Positions 9,812 through 20,139 of a stretch of 64,000 bases of DNA are shown here, piece after piece. The first letter of the stretch is position 1; each line of letters starts with the position of its first letter. The notes under the pieces were generated by a model that was not told the origin of the DNA, did not search any database, and worked only from the letters and a program-made list of their open reading frames with translations. A program made the position numbers and the translations under genes. This DNA is from Octopus bimaculoides (taxonomy: Eukaryota): the NCBI RefSeq assembly GCF_001194135.2, contig NC_069001.1, forward strand, positions 1,814,374 through 1,878,373, written 5' to 3'.

Positions 9812-11160
9812 TGAATATCTGTGTGGACGGACGACTGTACGTTTAACTGTAGCAGAAGATAGAAGTTGTAATACTTTTGAGTGTGTCCCTATCTTATCAG
9901 AGACTGGTTAATGACCTGCACCGTCCCACACACACACACACTTATATTTCATGTCATATGTAAAAACACTTGTCTACACACAACCACATCCATCCATTCA
10001 CATATACATACACATGACAGAACATATAAATATAAATATATACATATATGTCACTCTCTCTCTCTCACACACACAAACATCGACACATGCACACACATTG
10101 TCCTTCACTCCTAGACATTGAACTTTTATCTCACTCATAAAAAGATTAACAACAACAACAATAATAATGATGGTTTCAAATTTTGCTGCATCAATTTTGA
10201 GGCAAGGGGATAAATCAATTACTCAACCCCAGTGTTCAACTGGTACTTATTCTATTGACCCCAAAAGGATGAAAGGCACAGTCGACCTCGGTGGAATTTG
10301 AACTCAGAACATATAAGCATTTCATCCAGTGGGCTGCTACTGTTGATGATGATGATGATGATATAGCACCACTGATACATCGATGTATGAGATTCCCAAG
10401 TGATGGCAACACTGAAGAAGTGGGTGTTTTCACACTTTTTTTTACCATAAGAGAGATTTTTTTCACCACAGTAACTGCAGCATATTTGCTTTTAGCAGTT
10501 GAAATATGTGACAAACATATTTCAACTAATCTAAATTCTGGTGGTTAATAAAAGAATTAATTATCATTATTATTATCTTTTAAAACAGTGTAGAAAAATA
10601 GTCTTAATTTTGTTTTTAAACAGTTAGAAAGCGGTAAGATAGTATTTTTTTTTTAATTAAAAGATTCTAGTGTTTTCTTTTCCTTTTGCAACAAAGAAAA
10701 ACAATTGCTTTTGTAACAATAAGAAAACAGTGTAACAAAATGTAGTTCTTTAAATGGTGAAAAATAGTTAGAAAGTAGAGTAAGTTTTAATTGTAAGAAA
10801 TATGTGTGACCTTTTTAAAACTTCAAAAAATGAGACATCTTTGTTTTTAAACAGCTTCAAATCAATGTCTATTTGTAACAGGACAAAAAACCCCCAAATA
10901 ATCCAGAGAAACAGTGTCTTATGAACTGTCCCTTTAGCACTTGAAACATTTGATTTGGCCAAATCTGGCTCAAATATGTTCCAACTGACCAGACCGGGCC
11001 TCATACACCAACCCAATATTGTCATTCTTAAGATAAACAGTCACATCATGGTTATCTTGAAGCCACGAAAATAATGCATGATTAATTAAAATGCATGATT
11101 AATTGAAAACAATGTGAATAAATAAGCATCACGTTGACAGGATTATTTGAAGAGTGAAGG

Positions 11161-11310
11161 GTTAAATAAACAAAACTCTCCAATTTCTGATTCTGTCGTT
11201 GTCTGACAGTGAGAATGACTGTGAATATAATGTTGGGGAACGGCAGTTTGATAAAACATCAACTACCTTAACTGTCCCTGTCTTATCAGAGATTGGCTGA
11301 TGGTCAGCAA
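11161..11310 (-). pseudogene. Third, degenerate copy of AFMID promoter/exon 1
   Basis: Aligns by eye to 5800-5950 (ctgacagtgaga...ggcagtttgataaaaca...ctgtccctgtcttatcagagattggctgatgg) but has no ATG or splice donor, and the exon 1 frame is broken. Confidence 0.7.
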
Positions 11311-11594
11311 ACATCATCATCATCATCATCATCATCATCATAATCACCACCACCACCACCACCACCACCGCCATCATCATCATCACCACCACCACCATCA
11401 TTATTATCCTCATCAACATTTAACATCCATTTTCCATGCTGGCATGGGTTGGACAACTTGTCAATCAGTTAGTCGAATCTGGAATATTTAACGGGTAGGT
11501 ACATAAACTATGTCTACACCGTTACACCGTTTCTACTGCTATAATTGGCGCTAAAGAAATTATACGGTTTGTTGTTTCTATTAAGTGGAAGAAA

Positions 11595-11698
11595 ATGAAA
11601 CCCGTGGCCCCTGGTGAAGTGATCTATCGTGAATCGCCCTACGTCCATGTGGTGTCTGACAAAGAACTAAAGAACCATTGTAGTTCTTGTTTCAAAAG
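11595..11698 (+). CDS. SMYD3: SMYD3-like exon 1
   Basis: MKPVAPGEVIYRESPYVHVVSDKELKNHCSSCFK, S-sequence plus start of MYND; AG|gtaat; 104 nt. Confidence 0.85.
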
Positions 11699-11763
11699 GT
11701 AATCACAGACCGTCATCCGCATCATACACTGGTTTAATTACAGACTTCTGTTCCTCCCATCTA

Positions 11764-12100
11764 CCGACTTTGGTTTCCTATAACTTTCTTACAAATATAT
11801 ATCTTTTAATGAAATTTTCCAGATGTATATTCTAGGTATTGTAGATTGTGATTATATTAGAAAGAAAAAATAAAAATTTGAGATTTCATTTCCCCTCTCT
11901 GATCGGACTTTTGTTAAAGGCAATTATTTTGGTTAATGAAAATTTCCAGATACATTTTAGATGGTATAGATTACGAATGTATTTTTAAAACAGAGTTTTT
12001 ATCAAGATCACCGTACTGTACACCCACGAAAATGTATTTTGAGGAAATTTCATTAAAAAAATCTGCACTTTTGAGAAAGTTATAAGAAAACAAAGTCGGG
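11764..12100. mobile_element. MITE with long imperfect terminal inverted repeats; relatives at 28363-28557 and about 33750-33935
   Basis: ccgactttggtttcctataactttct ... agaaagttataagaaaacaaagtcgg. Confidence 0.7.
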
Positions 12101-12248
12101 AGGGGGGGAACACCTGTATCGTTATGGCCACACCCACGCAAACACCTGTTCATTAAGAGTTTATAAACCCCACCCCACTATCCTCACAACCATTGCCTCT
12201 TTACACTATAACATTATATTTTCTGCTTTCACCTCGTCTTCTTCACAG

Positions 12249-12312
12249 TGCTTCCAGCCTGAAACACTGTTCTCGATGTAAACTTCTGAGATACTGCAAT
12301 TTCAGCTGTCAG
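12249..12312 (+). CDS. SMYD3: SMYD3-like exon 2 (MYND finger)
   Basis: cacag|T GCT...CAG|gtaaa; ASSLKHCSRCKLLRYCNFSCQ; 64 nt. Confidence 0.92.
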
Positions 12313-12835
12313 GTAAATAATCCCTTAAAACTGTCCTTTGCTTTCATCTATTTTTTTGTTTTCATTAATTACTCTTATTTCATCATCATCATCATTGTAT
12401 AACACCTGTGTCCCATGCTGGTGTGGGTTAAATGGGTTGACAAGATCCAATCTATTGTTGGACTGCGTCAAATTCCAAATATGTTATTGCATAGTTTCTA
12501 TGGCTGGATGCCCTTCCCAGACACAATCCATCTTTTATGATAGAGGTACAGCCTGTCAAGTATATTAGTGGCTGAATATTCCACTAGCATCTCTACTCTT
12601 AATTCAACTCTCACATAGAATCTGCATAATGCAGAGAGTATAACGAAAGCCATGCCTTTGAATTAGATGTATAACCCACCAAATGGGCTTCTGTATAGTT
12701 TCCATGTAATTGAGTGGCACCCACCCACTAAAATTCCTGGGCCTGTCTCAAAATTTCAAAATGTTATTGTGATTTTATGAATTACAATGAATTAACATGA
12801 AACATTTCAACATGTTTGCTATCTTCCATTTCCAG

Positions 12836-12946
12836 AAAGCTGATTGGTCAATCCACAAGCAAGAATGTCCATTTTTCATTGATGTTGTACCTGAAGTCTT
12901 ATCTGAAAGTATACGAATGCTTCTGAGAATAATTATCAGGTACCAG
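12836..12946 (+). CDS. SMYD3: SMYD3-like exon 3
   Basis: tccag|AAA...CAG|gtagt; KADWSIHKQECPFFIDVVPEVLSESIRMLLRIIIRYQ; 111 nt. Confidence 0.92.
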
Positions 12947-13387
12947 GTAGTATGTTTCTATTGTCGTTTGTCTGCTAGCTGTTGTTGTTGTTGTTGTTGT
13001 GCCAAGCCAGCCCTCACTCGGCATGTGCAAACTGGGCTTATCTCCTCCTCCTCCTCCTCATCATCATTTAGCGTCCATTCTCCATGCTGATATGGGTTAG
13101 ATCAGTGATTCTCAACAGGGTCCATATAAAATTTTTGGGGGTCCACAATATGGGTTGGACGGTTTGACTGGGCTGTTTCGAAGGCTGCACCAGGCTCCAG
13201 TCTGATTTGGCATGGTTTTCTACGGCTGGATGCCCTTCCTACTGCGAACCACTCCAGGAGTGTAATGAGTGTTTTTATATGCGACAAGCATGACATAATG
13301 CCAAAGGTCTTGGTCATTGCCTCTGTAAGGTCCAACACTCGAAAGGAACTCAGCCACTTTACCCCCATGGGGCCCGTATATATATAT

Positions 13388-13588
13388 NNNNNNNNNNNNN
13401 NNNNNNNNNNNNNNNNNNNNNNNNNNNNNNNNNNNNNNNNNNNNNNNNNNNNNNNNNNNNNNNNNNNNNNNNNNNNNNNNNNNNNNNNNNNNNNNNNNNN
13501 NNNNNNNNNNNNNNNNNNNNNNNNNNNNNNNNNNNNNNNNNNNNNNNNNNNNNNNNNNNNNNNNNNNNNNNNNNNNNNNNNNNNNNNN
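13388..13588. other. Assembly gap (N run); other gaps at 20397-21048, 26549-26558, 36330-36405, 43255-43264, 45269-45574, 60894-60903
   Basis: Runs of n, mostly flanked by (TA)n or (CA)n microsatellites. Confidence 0.99.
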
Positions 13589-13627
<39 letters not shown>

Positions 13628-13700
13628 GGATGTCATCATCATTTACCGTTTGTCTTCCATGCTGGCATATGCTTATATTCTGAATTTCCTTTCTCTTCAG

Positions 13701-13770
13701 AATGGTGATCACACTAAAATGATTAGTACAGATCCTTACTGGAAGCGTTCCTTCTCAGACCTGATGTCAC
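13701..13770 (+). CDS. SMYD3: SMYD3-like exon 4
   Basis: ttcag|AAT...TCA C|gtaag; NGDHTKMISTDPYWKRSFSDLMS(H); 70 nt. Confidence 0.9.
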
Positions 13771-14071
13771 GTAAGACTGGTTTTCTCTTTGTTTTTCGTT
13801 ATTTATTCCTCCCAGTATTTCATATGCAGTGAGTGTTTGTGTTTATGTGAAATTGTGTCATTTGTTTGTATATCTGTGAGAGAAAGTGTATTACAGTGTG
13901 TGAGTGGGAATCGGAGAGTATCTGCTTATCATTGTTGTTGCTTTAATCCTTCAGCATTAAGCTCTGACATTAGGGGTGCCTGAGAAAACAAACAATTAGC
14001 AGACAGTAAGGTGAACGCAGGGGAAACAGAAGACATTAATAAACTTGTGTATTGTGTTGTCTGTCCAACAG

Positions 14072-14202
14072 ATTTAGAGAGAATGCAGCAAGACGAACTA
14101 CGATGTAAACAGTTTGCCCATGTGCTGAGTATTTTATCAAAAGTTCTGGAAGGTACTGAAGTTCTGCCACCGGTTCCACAGTTGTGGGAGTTCTTTGGTA
14201 AG
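14072..14202 (+). CDS. SMYD3: SMYD3-like exon 5
   Basis: aacag|AT TTA...AAG|gtagg; LERMQQDELRCKQFAHVLSILSKVLEGTEVLPPVPQLWEFFGK; 131 nt. Confidence 0.9.
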
Positions 14203-14874
14203 GTAGGTATTGCTGGATCCTCAGCAAAGCACATTCTCTGGTTCTCTCTCTTTCTCTCTTCCCCCTCTCTCTCTCCCTCTCTGTATGGCCTGGTGGTTAC
14301 ACTCATAATTGCTAGGTCATGGGTTTGATTCCCAGACTGAGAAACACATTATATTGTTAAGCAAGACCCTTCATTTCACATTGCTCCAGCACACAAAGTT
14401 ATTAGATAGGTAACCCTGTCTCAGAATATCCTTCCGATCAGAGGAAATTGTCTGCCTGCTCACCCAACCAACAAGGTGGTGTCATTCAAAAGCTAAAGCA
14501 CATTGTGATCAGCAATGTATAACCACATCCCATAACCTGGTCAATACCATTATATATATATATATATATATATGAAAAATTAAGATAAACACAAGCTTGT
14601 ATGTAAATCTGGTTGCTCAGAATCCTGTATTGGATGATCCAGGTGCATTTGGATGCTTAACTGGAACAGATTATCAGGAAACACTTTATTACATGAAGTT
14701 ACAGAGAGCTAATATCAATAGGACTACTATCACCACCACCACCATTACTACAGCTACTACCACCAGTGCTAATACTGCTATCACCACCACCATATCCTAT
14801 TACCACTACTACTGACCTTAATGCCTTATGTTGTTTCTGGAGCCCTTAAAACTGATGTGTCTTTTGTCTTACAG

Positions 14875-14945
14875 ATGGTCATCAACAGTTACAGCATTCA
14901 TGATGAGCTTCATGAAAATGTCATTGGATCTGGAGTTTATCTGGG
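14875..14945 (+). CDS. SMYD3: SMYD3-like exon 6
   Basis: tacag|ATG...CTG GG|gtgag; MVINSYSIHDELHENVIGSGVYL(G); 71 nt. Confidence 0.92.
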
Positions 14946-15409
14946 GTGAGTTTCGCCTCCGACCTCTTTCTGGTGGCTGTTTAGTTTATACTGTGTTTAT
15001 CTGGTTGATGAGGGTGGGGTGGGTGGGTGAGTGAGAGTGGAGGAATAAACCAACAACCTTCCTCCCTCAGATTTGTAAGTGACCCCTAAATCTTTTGCTC
15101 TCCAGAGCTCCAGACAATAATGCCCAGGCTGGAGTAATGTCATTTGTTTGAAACATTGCAATGTGTAAATGATATAAGTATTTTTTTTAAGAAAACCTTT
15201 AAGCAATTTAGGTGAGAAGTTAAGCAAAATATGATATTGTCCTACATAGGTTGTTTAATAATGCTTCTATTATATTTCGGGAAAGCTTCCCTTTATCAAA
15301 TATAAGCTACAAAATAATCCAAGAGATCAGAGAAAAAATGTTATTGGTGTGTTCTCAACTGCATTGCTTAAAGATCTTCCTACAAGTATCTGTATCATGG
15401 ATATTTATA

Positions 15410-15639
15410 TTAACCGTTTAGCATTCCGATTCCTCTGTCGAATGTAATGCTTATGTATTCACATTGCTTTGAATTAATCATGCATTATCTCTTAGCTTTG
15501 AGATTTCAATGATGTAATCGTTTATTTTTGAATTGCTGTTGTAAGAATTAGATGTAAGAAACTGGATCCAGCCAGTTTGAACATAAACCAGGTAAAACAT
15601 TTGGGCCAGGTATGGTTGGTTTAAATGCTAAAGGGTTAA
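15410..15639. mobile_element. piggyBac-like MITE with TTAA target duplication; relatives near 11010-11165, 22960-23090, 30820-31180
   Basis: TTAA-ccgtttagcatt ... aatgctaaaggg-TTAA. Confidence 0.7.
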
Positions 15640-15674
15640 ATCGATAACTAATCATATGATTTACTTGTTTCTAG

Positions 15675-15783
15675 GGCATCGTATTTGGATCACCAATGTT
15701 GTCCTAATGCTACTGTAAGCTTTAGTGGCACAAAACTTGCCATCAGGGCCCTGGAGCCCATAACACAACCGTTACCTAATCAG
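15675..15783 (+). CDS. SMYD3: SMYD3-like exon 7 (SET signature)
   Basis: tctag|G GCA...CAG|gtata; ASYLDHQCCPNATVSFSGTKLAIRALEPITQPLPNQ; 109 nt. Confidence 0.92.
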
Positions 15784-16848
15784 GTATACAACTTATATTT
15801 CTGTTTTACTATTTTTCTGCTGTCTTTTCTTTTTTTCCTCATTTCATCGTCCTCATCTTTTAACATCTGTTCTCCATACTGGCGTCGGTTGGATGGTTTG
15901 ACAGAAGATGGCCAGCTGCAGAGCTCCACTGGGCCCGAATTATCTGTTTTGGCCGGGTTTCTACAGCTGGATGCCCTTCCGAACACCAACCACTTTACAG
16001 AGTGTACTGGGTGCTTTTACGTGGCACTGGCACAAGTGCCTTTTTGTTGCAATGAATGTAAATCCAACAAATATCTTTGTTCATTTAACTCTGTTTTTGC
16101 CATGTTAGCATGAATTTGGATGAGGACATATTTCAGGTAGGAATTTCTTCTTTTTCTCTGCCTGGTTCCAACCCTTACTAGTTTCTCTTCCTGGTGCCAA
16201 CTCTTGCCAGTTTTTCAAGTAAAGAATTTCTAATCCACAAATTTTTAAAAGTGTGGTGTGACTGGTCACAATACCAACAAGGAACTATCATCATCATCAT
16301 CATCATCATTCAACGCCCATCTTCCATGCTGCCATGGGTGAATGGTCACCCACATACAACTTCTGCTCTTCTCTAAGTTATTCCCCTTGAACAAGATGTA
16401 GCCACTGTTACGTGTTGTGCGCTTAATTGAACCAGAACGATAGGTCTCATCTGTTTTCATTCAAGGGGGTGCAATCTTTGGAGACATCTTTGTTTATTAG
16501 ATATACACACACACTTATGCATAACATAAACACACTAACTCATACAACAGACACCTACATAGATGCATTCATTCACACACATACAGATACACATATACCC
16601 ATACATCGATAAATACACGACAGATCTTTGATTTGATGCACACTCACATAGACACACTCGTTCACACACCTACCTACATGCTCACGTTCACACACATACA
16701 GATACACATATACCCATACATGCATAGACAGACGCCCAAAAATCATTTGACTCGATGCACATCTACATACATGTTTATATACATCGAGACACCACAGATG
16801 TTTGGCCCAAACAATATATTTCACTTATTTGTTGTTGCTTTCTTTCAG

Positions 16849-16965
16849 GTTTTCATCAGTTACATCCAGAACGATGCCCCCAGCTGGGAAAGGAGAGAAG
16901 AATTGCTACAGCGATACTATTTCAGATGTATCTGTTCCATGTGTACCACAGATGCAGAGCAAACG
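16849..16965 (+). CDS. SMYD3: SMYD3-like exon 8 (catalytic Tyr and post-SET)
   Basis: ttcag|GTT...ACG|gtaaa; VFISYIQNDAPSWERREELLQRYYFRCICSMCTTDAEQT; 117 nt. Confidence 0.93.
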
Positions 16966-17090
16966 GTAAATACTTTGTTTCCACAGCTTTAGGGGTTTTC
17001 TTTCCTTGCAAAGTGATCTTTTAGACCACACGGCCACCCCTGTACCTAGACATGTATTTGCCTATAATTTGCTTCTACTTTCTTTTATAG

Positions 17091-17163
17091 GATAAACAAA
17101 TGACCAGTGTGAAGTGTTTTATGGCTAACTGTGATGGATTTACTGGGATTAAAGAAATTAACA
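17091..17163 (+). CDS. SMYD3: SMYD3-like exon 9
   Basis: tatag|GAT...AAC A|gtaag; DKQMTSVKCFMANCDGFTGIKEIN; 73 nt. Confidence 0.88.
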
Positions 17164-17209
17164 GTAAGTAATTAATGCTAAATTTGCAGTTGCTGGTATC
17201 ATCTTCAGC

Positions 17210-17640
17210 ATTTGATCCTCAGAGGAGGGGAGGGGGGGGTATAAAAAGAAAGCCAGACTTGCTATCTTCAGCTCAGTTTTCATCTTGGTCCATACGCATG
17301 ATCGTGAATGTTGTTTAACGACCGAAAGATTACGATCAGGAATACAAGCATTTGAAATGGGGATCCTCGAAAGGATCTCTGGTGTAATGTTACGGGACAA
17401 AGTGCATAGATTAGAGGTCAGGGAGTCTCTCCAGGTCGAACCGCCACTGCTCCACATTGAGAGGTCACACCTCTGGTATTATGGACAAGTGCTTAGAATG
17501 TCACAGGAAATAATCACAAAATGGATTCTTCAAGCCAAGCCAACCAACAAGACAGCTAGGGATAGTCCAAGAATGAGTTGGTTGGACAATATCCACAGTC
17601 TCAGTTGGTCATGTTTCGGAGTTCAAATAGAATGACTTCT
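17210..17640 (+). mobile_element. RTE-clade LINE fragment (region after the RT domain)
   Basis: IQAFEMGILERISGVMLRDKVHRLEVRESLQVEPPLLHIERSHLWYYGQVLRM...ARDSPRMSWLD matches RTE AFEM...LRWFGHVxRM...RGRPxxxW. Confidence 0.85.
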
Positions 17641-17789
17641 GAGTAGAAAAGATAAATAGATGGAATTTTAAAAAGGGAACCTATAAGACATGAGTTGTGG
17701 CACATTGTTATAAATGTCATCATGGAGCAGTTAAGGGTGACAGCATTTGTGTAAATTAAATCTTTGTAATTTATGATGTTTCACCACAG

Positions 17790-18170
17790 GGTGCAGTCTT
17801 TGTTGCACTGTGGTGGCTTGTGTGCATTGATGACCCCTGAGAGCTATGCCAGGGGAGTGCAAGCCCCTTGTAGATCCTCCTCCCTTGCTGGACAGGTCAA
17901 AGGATAGGGGCTAAACTAATATGGACCACCTCTTCCCAGAGGTAAAAATAGGCTTACCTATGGCCAACTTTGCTACCTAGAAAGGCAAAAACAAAGTTAT
18001 GGAAACCTCGATGGCAATCTAAGACCACCAAGACCTGGAAGAGGAAGGCCTTCCTTCAGGAAGATCGGGTACTGAAAAAGTAGGGATCCAACTGCTCAGA
18101 GTTACAAACAGTGGAGAAATGTCATTGATGCCCTTTGCTCCATAAGGAGCAAAGAGCTTAAGCAAGTTTC
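17790..18170 (+). mobile_element. Short RTE-derived element: 5'UTR-like segment joined to RTE 3' end
   Basis: ggtggcttgtgtgcattgatgacccctgagagctatgcc...ggacaggtcaaagg resembles RTE/Expander 5' ends; ...tggagaaatgtcattgatgccctttgctccataaggagcaaagagcttaagcaag resembles an RTE 3' end. Confidence 0.55.
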
Positions 18171-18223
18171 TTATCTTAAGCATCACAGTTTTTCTATAAG
18201 ATTCCTCAAATACTTTCTTTCAG

Positions 18224-18364
18224 ATGATGGCTACTGTCAGTTGTGGCCCTGTGTGAAGTGTAAAGTGACGGAATTGCCTACTGAATATGTTGATGAGGTT
18301 TGCCAGTTGTGGTTGGAAACCAGGAAATTTGTGAAGGATTTAAACAAGATGTTTGAGAGTGGAG
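18224..18364 (+). CDS. SMYD3: SMYD3-like exon 10
   Basis: ttcag|AT GAT...GGA G|gtcag; DGYCQLWPCVKCKVTELPTEYVDEVCQLWLETRKFVKDLNKMFESG; 141 nt. Confidence 0.85.
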
Positions 18365-18557
18365 GTCAGTATTTCCATTATTTGTTGTCTCTAACTACCG
18401 TCCCTCATCACTTACCATTCCTTTCTTGAGAACCACTTTATCACCACTTCCAAACATTGTGCCCTGCTGGATCTCATTGGACAAGTCTTGAAAACATGGT
18501 TGTGTCTGTTGTACAAACTCTTTGATGAGCACCAATTTTCTCTCTCTCTCTCTCCAG

Positions 18558-18735
18558 AAATCCAAAATGCCTTGGACTCTGCTGAAGAAAACTTGAAGAA
18601 AGTTGAAAATAGTTTATTCCATGAATCTAATCTGAATATTGTCAGTACCGTGGCAATTGCCAAAGATGCTTGCATTTCCCTGCAGTTATGGGAGAAAGCA
18701 GCAGTTTACAGCGAGAAGCTCTTAAAACAAGTGCC
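18558..18735 (+). CDS. SMYD3: SMYD3-like exon 11 (TPR-like C-terminal domain)
   Basis: tccag|AA ATC...GTG CC|gtaag; IQNALDSAEENLKKVENSLFHESNLNIVSTVAIAKDACISLQLWEKAAVYSEKLLKQV; 178 nt. Confidence 0.88.
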
Positions 18736-19166
18736 GTAAGTCGAAGCTCTCTTTCCTTTGTTTTCTCTTCTTCATAATAGAATCTTTTAATACAAAGGAT
18801 AATAATTGGATCAAATTTAGGTCCAAAACCAGCAATTCTGAAGGGAAGGGGTCAGTTGATATCATTGACTCCGGTAGTTAGCTGCTGCTATATTTTATTG
18901 GTCCTTTGAGGAAGAAAGGCAGAGTTGACCATGGCAGAATTTGAACTTAGAATGTGAAAAGCTGCAGCAAATACTGTCAAGTATTTTCTCTGATGTCTTA
19001 ATGATTCTGCCAGCTTGCTGTTTTATCATTATTAATAATAATAATAATAATAATTTCGTTTTTGTATCTGGTTTGCAAGATTCTTTAAATGAATTTGTGT
19101 GTCGGCCACATTCAATAATGTTAAATACATCAACTGTTATTTTTTTTTTCCTTTTTCCCTTTAAAG

Positions 19167-19275
19167 ACAATACTCTTCCTGCATCAACATCATGGACAGT
19201 CTGTCTCTACTGAAGTTAGCAAAGCTGTACATATATCTCGACCGGCCGACAGAAGCTGTCCAGATTTTGAACAAG
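19167..19275 (+). CDS. SMYD3: SMYD3-like exon 12
   Basis: taaag|A CAA...AAG|gtgag; QYSSCINIMDSLSLLKLAKLYIYLDRPTEAVQILNK; 109 nt. Confidence 0.88.
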
Positions 19276-20031
19276 GTGAGACTTGATATTTGAAATGTCT
19301 TTATACATCTGAGACAACAAGTTGCCTAATGATTAGGCAGCTGTGTTCCTGATCATAAGGTTCCAGGTTCATATTGTAGGTTGGGAGGCTTGTTGTGTCT
19401 GTGAGTAAAACTGCGTTACCTCATGTTGTCCAATTTTCAGAGCTGGCAAAAATTAGTGTCCTGTTAGTGCAGCAGTGTTGACAATTCAATGGTGCTGCTA
19501 AAAACCTCAGGGCATAAAGAGGAATATGTATAGATGCAGGCACAGCAGGGTGTGTTAAGTTTACCTCCCAACATGGTTTTGGGTTCAGTTCCACTGAGTG
19601 GAAACGTGGTAAAGTGACTTCTACCATAGCCTTGAACCAAATAAAACCTTGTAAGTGGATCTGGTAGATGGAAACTGAAAGAAGCTTGTGTGTATGTATG
19701 TGTATGTATATATGTGTGTGTGTGTGTATGTATGGTTAATCCTTTTCTTGACATTGCATTATAATTGTAAATGAGGATTGTTGTCATACAAGTAGTGTCA
19801 TTCATTTCCAAAGATGTCTGGCCATGGGGAAAAAATAACCTTGCTTGGAAATGCGTGAGGGTTGGTGACAGAAAAAACATCCAGCCATTGAAAATCTGCA
19901 TTAGGAAACTGTCTAACCCATGCAAGCATAAGAAAGTGGACATTAAAACGGGGATGATGTCTGCATACATTGCACACACACCTTTACGTGTGTCGTCACA
20001 GTTTCACATCTGATTTCTTTTTGTTTTCCAG

Positions 20032-20139
20032 TGTGAGAAAATGGTTCGTGTCACACATGGTGAAGACAGTGCGTTGCACCAACAAACGAGGACTTTGCAA
20101 CAACAGTGCAACATGCTGCTGTTGATGCACTGCAAATGA
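20032..20139 (+). CDS. SMYD3: SMYD3-like exon 13 (terminal)
   Basis: tccag|TGT...AAA TGA; CEKMVRVTHGEDSALHQQTRTLQQQCNMLLLMHCK*, with THG matching the SMYD C-terminus; the 13 exons sum to 1386 nt = 461 aa. Confidence 0.9.
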   Translation, partial: CEKMVRVTHGEDSALHQQTRTLQQQCNMLLLMHCK

